From assembly GCA_051362555.1 (NCBI GenBank), contig CM120643.1:17798848-17862847 (forward strand): a stretch of DNA of 64,000 bases. The letters run 5' to 3'. A program made the position numbers and the translations under genes. Shown one piece after another: positions 63,401-64,000 of this stretch. Numbering within the stretch: the stretch's first letter is position 1; the number at the start of each line of letters is the position of its first letter. The notes under the pieces were generated by a model, which saw nothing but the letters and a program-made list of their open reading frames with translations, had not been told where the DNA came from and did not search any database. Source of the stretch: Lingula anatina. Taxonomy: Eukaryota; Animalia; Brachiopoda.

Positions 63401-64000
63401 ATGGAAGTGCTCCTGAGAGTTAAACTTGTTTGTGGTAGTAAAGACATTCTGTTGTTTTTTATTCTTAACATTTGATCATTTCACTGAACTATAGGTATTG
63501 ATTTTGCTTTAACTTACATCCGTGTCAACCTGGTTGTCTTCTATTAGCTTCCCGGTGATAGCGTCGGTGATTCTGTACCGTACTCTATGTATACCACTCT
63601 CCTGATCGTGGGCTTTAACAGCAACACTAAAATAATATTGAAATATGAAAAAATATATAAAAAAAATTCAAGTTCATGTGCTGGTGTGGCAGGTAATTTT
63701 GGATGTTTATTTCATTCTTGATTTTAACCTGTTTAATTATTTGCAGTAGATTTCCCGATGCGCTCATCTAAAAAATCTTGGCTTAAATGTTTATAACTGA
63801 AATCGTAGCTACGAAAGAGAAAGCAAATACTGGGTGAACCCAAAAAACCAAGTCATAAATCAATGGACATACCTCCCAGCCTCAATAGAAGCCTGTCCTA
63901 TCACGGGGGGTCTTGCATCAACACGCAGAGTGATACTGGAGACCTTGTGGTTTCCCTTCAGATCACTGGCACGAACCCAAATTTTAACTGTGTCCTGTTC
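54452..64000 (-). CDS. Secreted-protein copy 2, 3' part (5' end beyond the window). Exons 63873->64000, 63518-63626, 62715-62882, 61827-61854, 61466-61576, 60995-61240, 60562-60685, 59831-60038, 58795-59301, 58343-58614, 57962-58064, 54816-54989, 54452-54502
   Basis: Each complete exon has the same length as in copy 1 (109, 168, 28, 111, 246, 124, 208, 507, 272, 103, 174, 51) and the stop position is the same (VRSSDLKVASVSPVIQ*). No disabling change seen. Confidence 0.88.
55381..55722. mobile_element. Kolobok-like MITE (TTAA target)
   Basis: ttaa|agggataataacctct...agagttattatccct|ttaa; absent from the equivalent intron of copy 1 (single ttaa at about 24179). Confidence 0.85.
55727..57833. 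mobile_element. 2.1-kb Kolobok-like non-autonomous element (TTAA target), adjacent to the previous one
   Basis: ttaa|ggtacggatgtac...ctacatccccacc|ttaa; copy-1 homology resumes exactly after it (tgtcagc.agcaaacgccagatg). Confidence 0.8.
61925..62585. mobile_element. Insertion related to the 55381-55722 family, specific to copy 2
   Basis: Shares ggtaagta.gggaaaattg and tttttggcca...agagttattat..ct|ttaa with 55650-55726; absent from copy 1 (about 28150-28225). Left boundary approximate. Confidence 0.65.

Larger units (their letters stand above)
52691..64000. repeat. Segmental tandem duplicate of about 21521-29640 (starting offset about 31.2 kb, growing with copy-2-specific insertions)
   Basis: Colinear exon and intron homology throughout. 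Confidence 0.95.

Overview
AT-rich, intron-containing eukaryotic DNA. The gene and transposon content looks like a marine invertebrate, probably a lophotrochozoan, but the species cannot be determined from the sequence. Left to right: (1) the first two coding exons of GINS2/PSF2 (- strand), head-to-head with a complete 6-exon TMEM143 gene (+). (2) An intact 11-exon, divergent AGC/PKA-like Ser/Thr kinase (+, about 8.1-12.4 kb) with HFD and DLG motifs and an acidic W-D-repeat tail. (3) A repeat-rich spacer. (4) A tandem segmental duplication with an offset of about 31.2 kb; each unit carries a decayed kinase copy (+) converging on a large secreted-protein gene (-). Copy 1 of that gene (23231-46169; 22 exons; about 1475 aa) reads signal peptide-CUB-EGF-EGF-Cys-rich followed by two ~600-aa EGF + beta-rich modules. 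Copy 2 runs off the right edge and has identical exon sizes. Both copies need two consecutive GC-AG introns. The introns hold many DNA transposons (Tc1, Kolobok-like, Harbinger-like, piggyBac-like, foldback-like, and CAGG elements with 5-bp TSDs) and an RTE fragment. A minimal hammerhead ribozyme motif sits in the spacer at the junction of a deleted kinase copy. All gene models were spliced by hand from splice signals and reading-frame continuity; no database searches were run.
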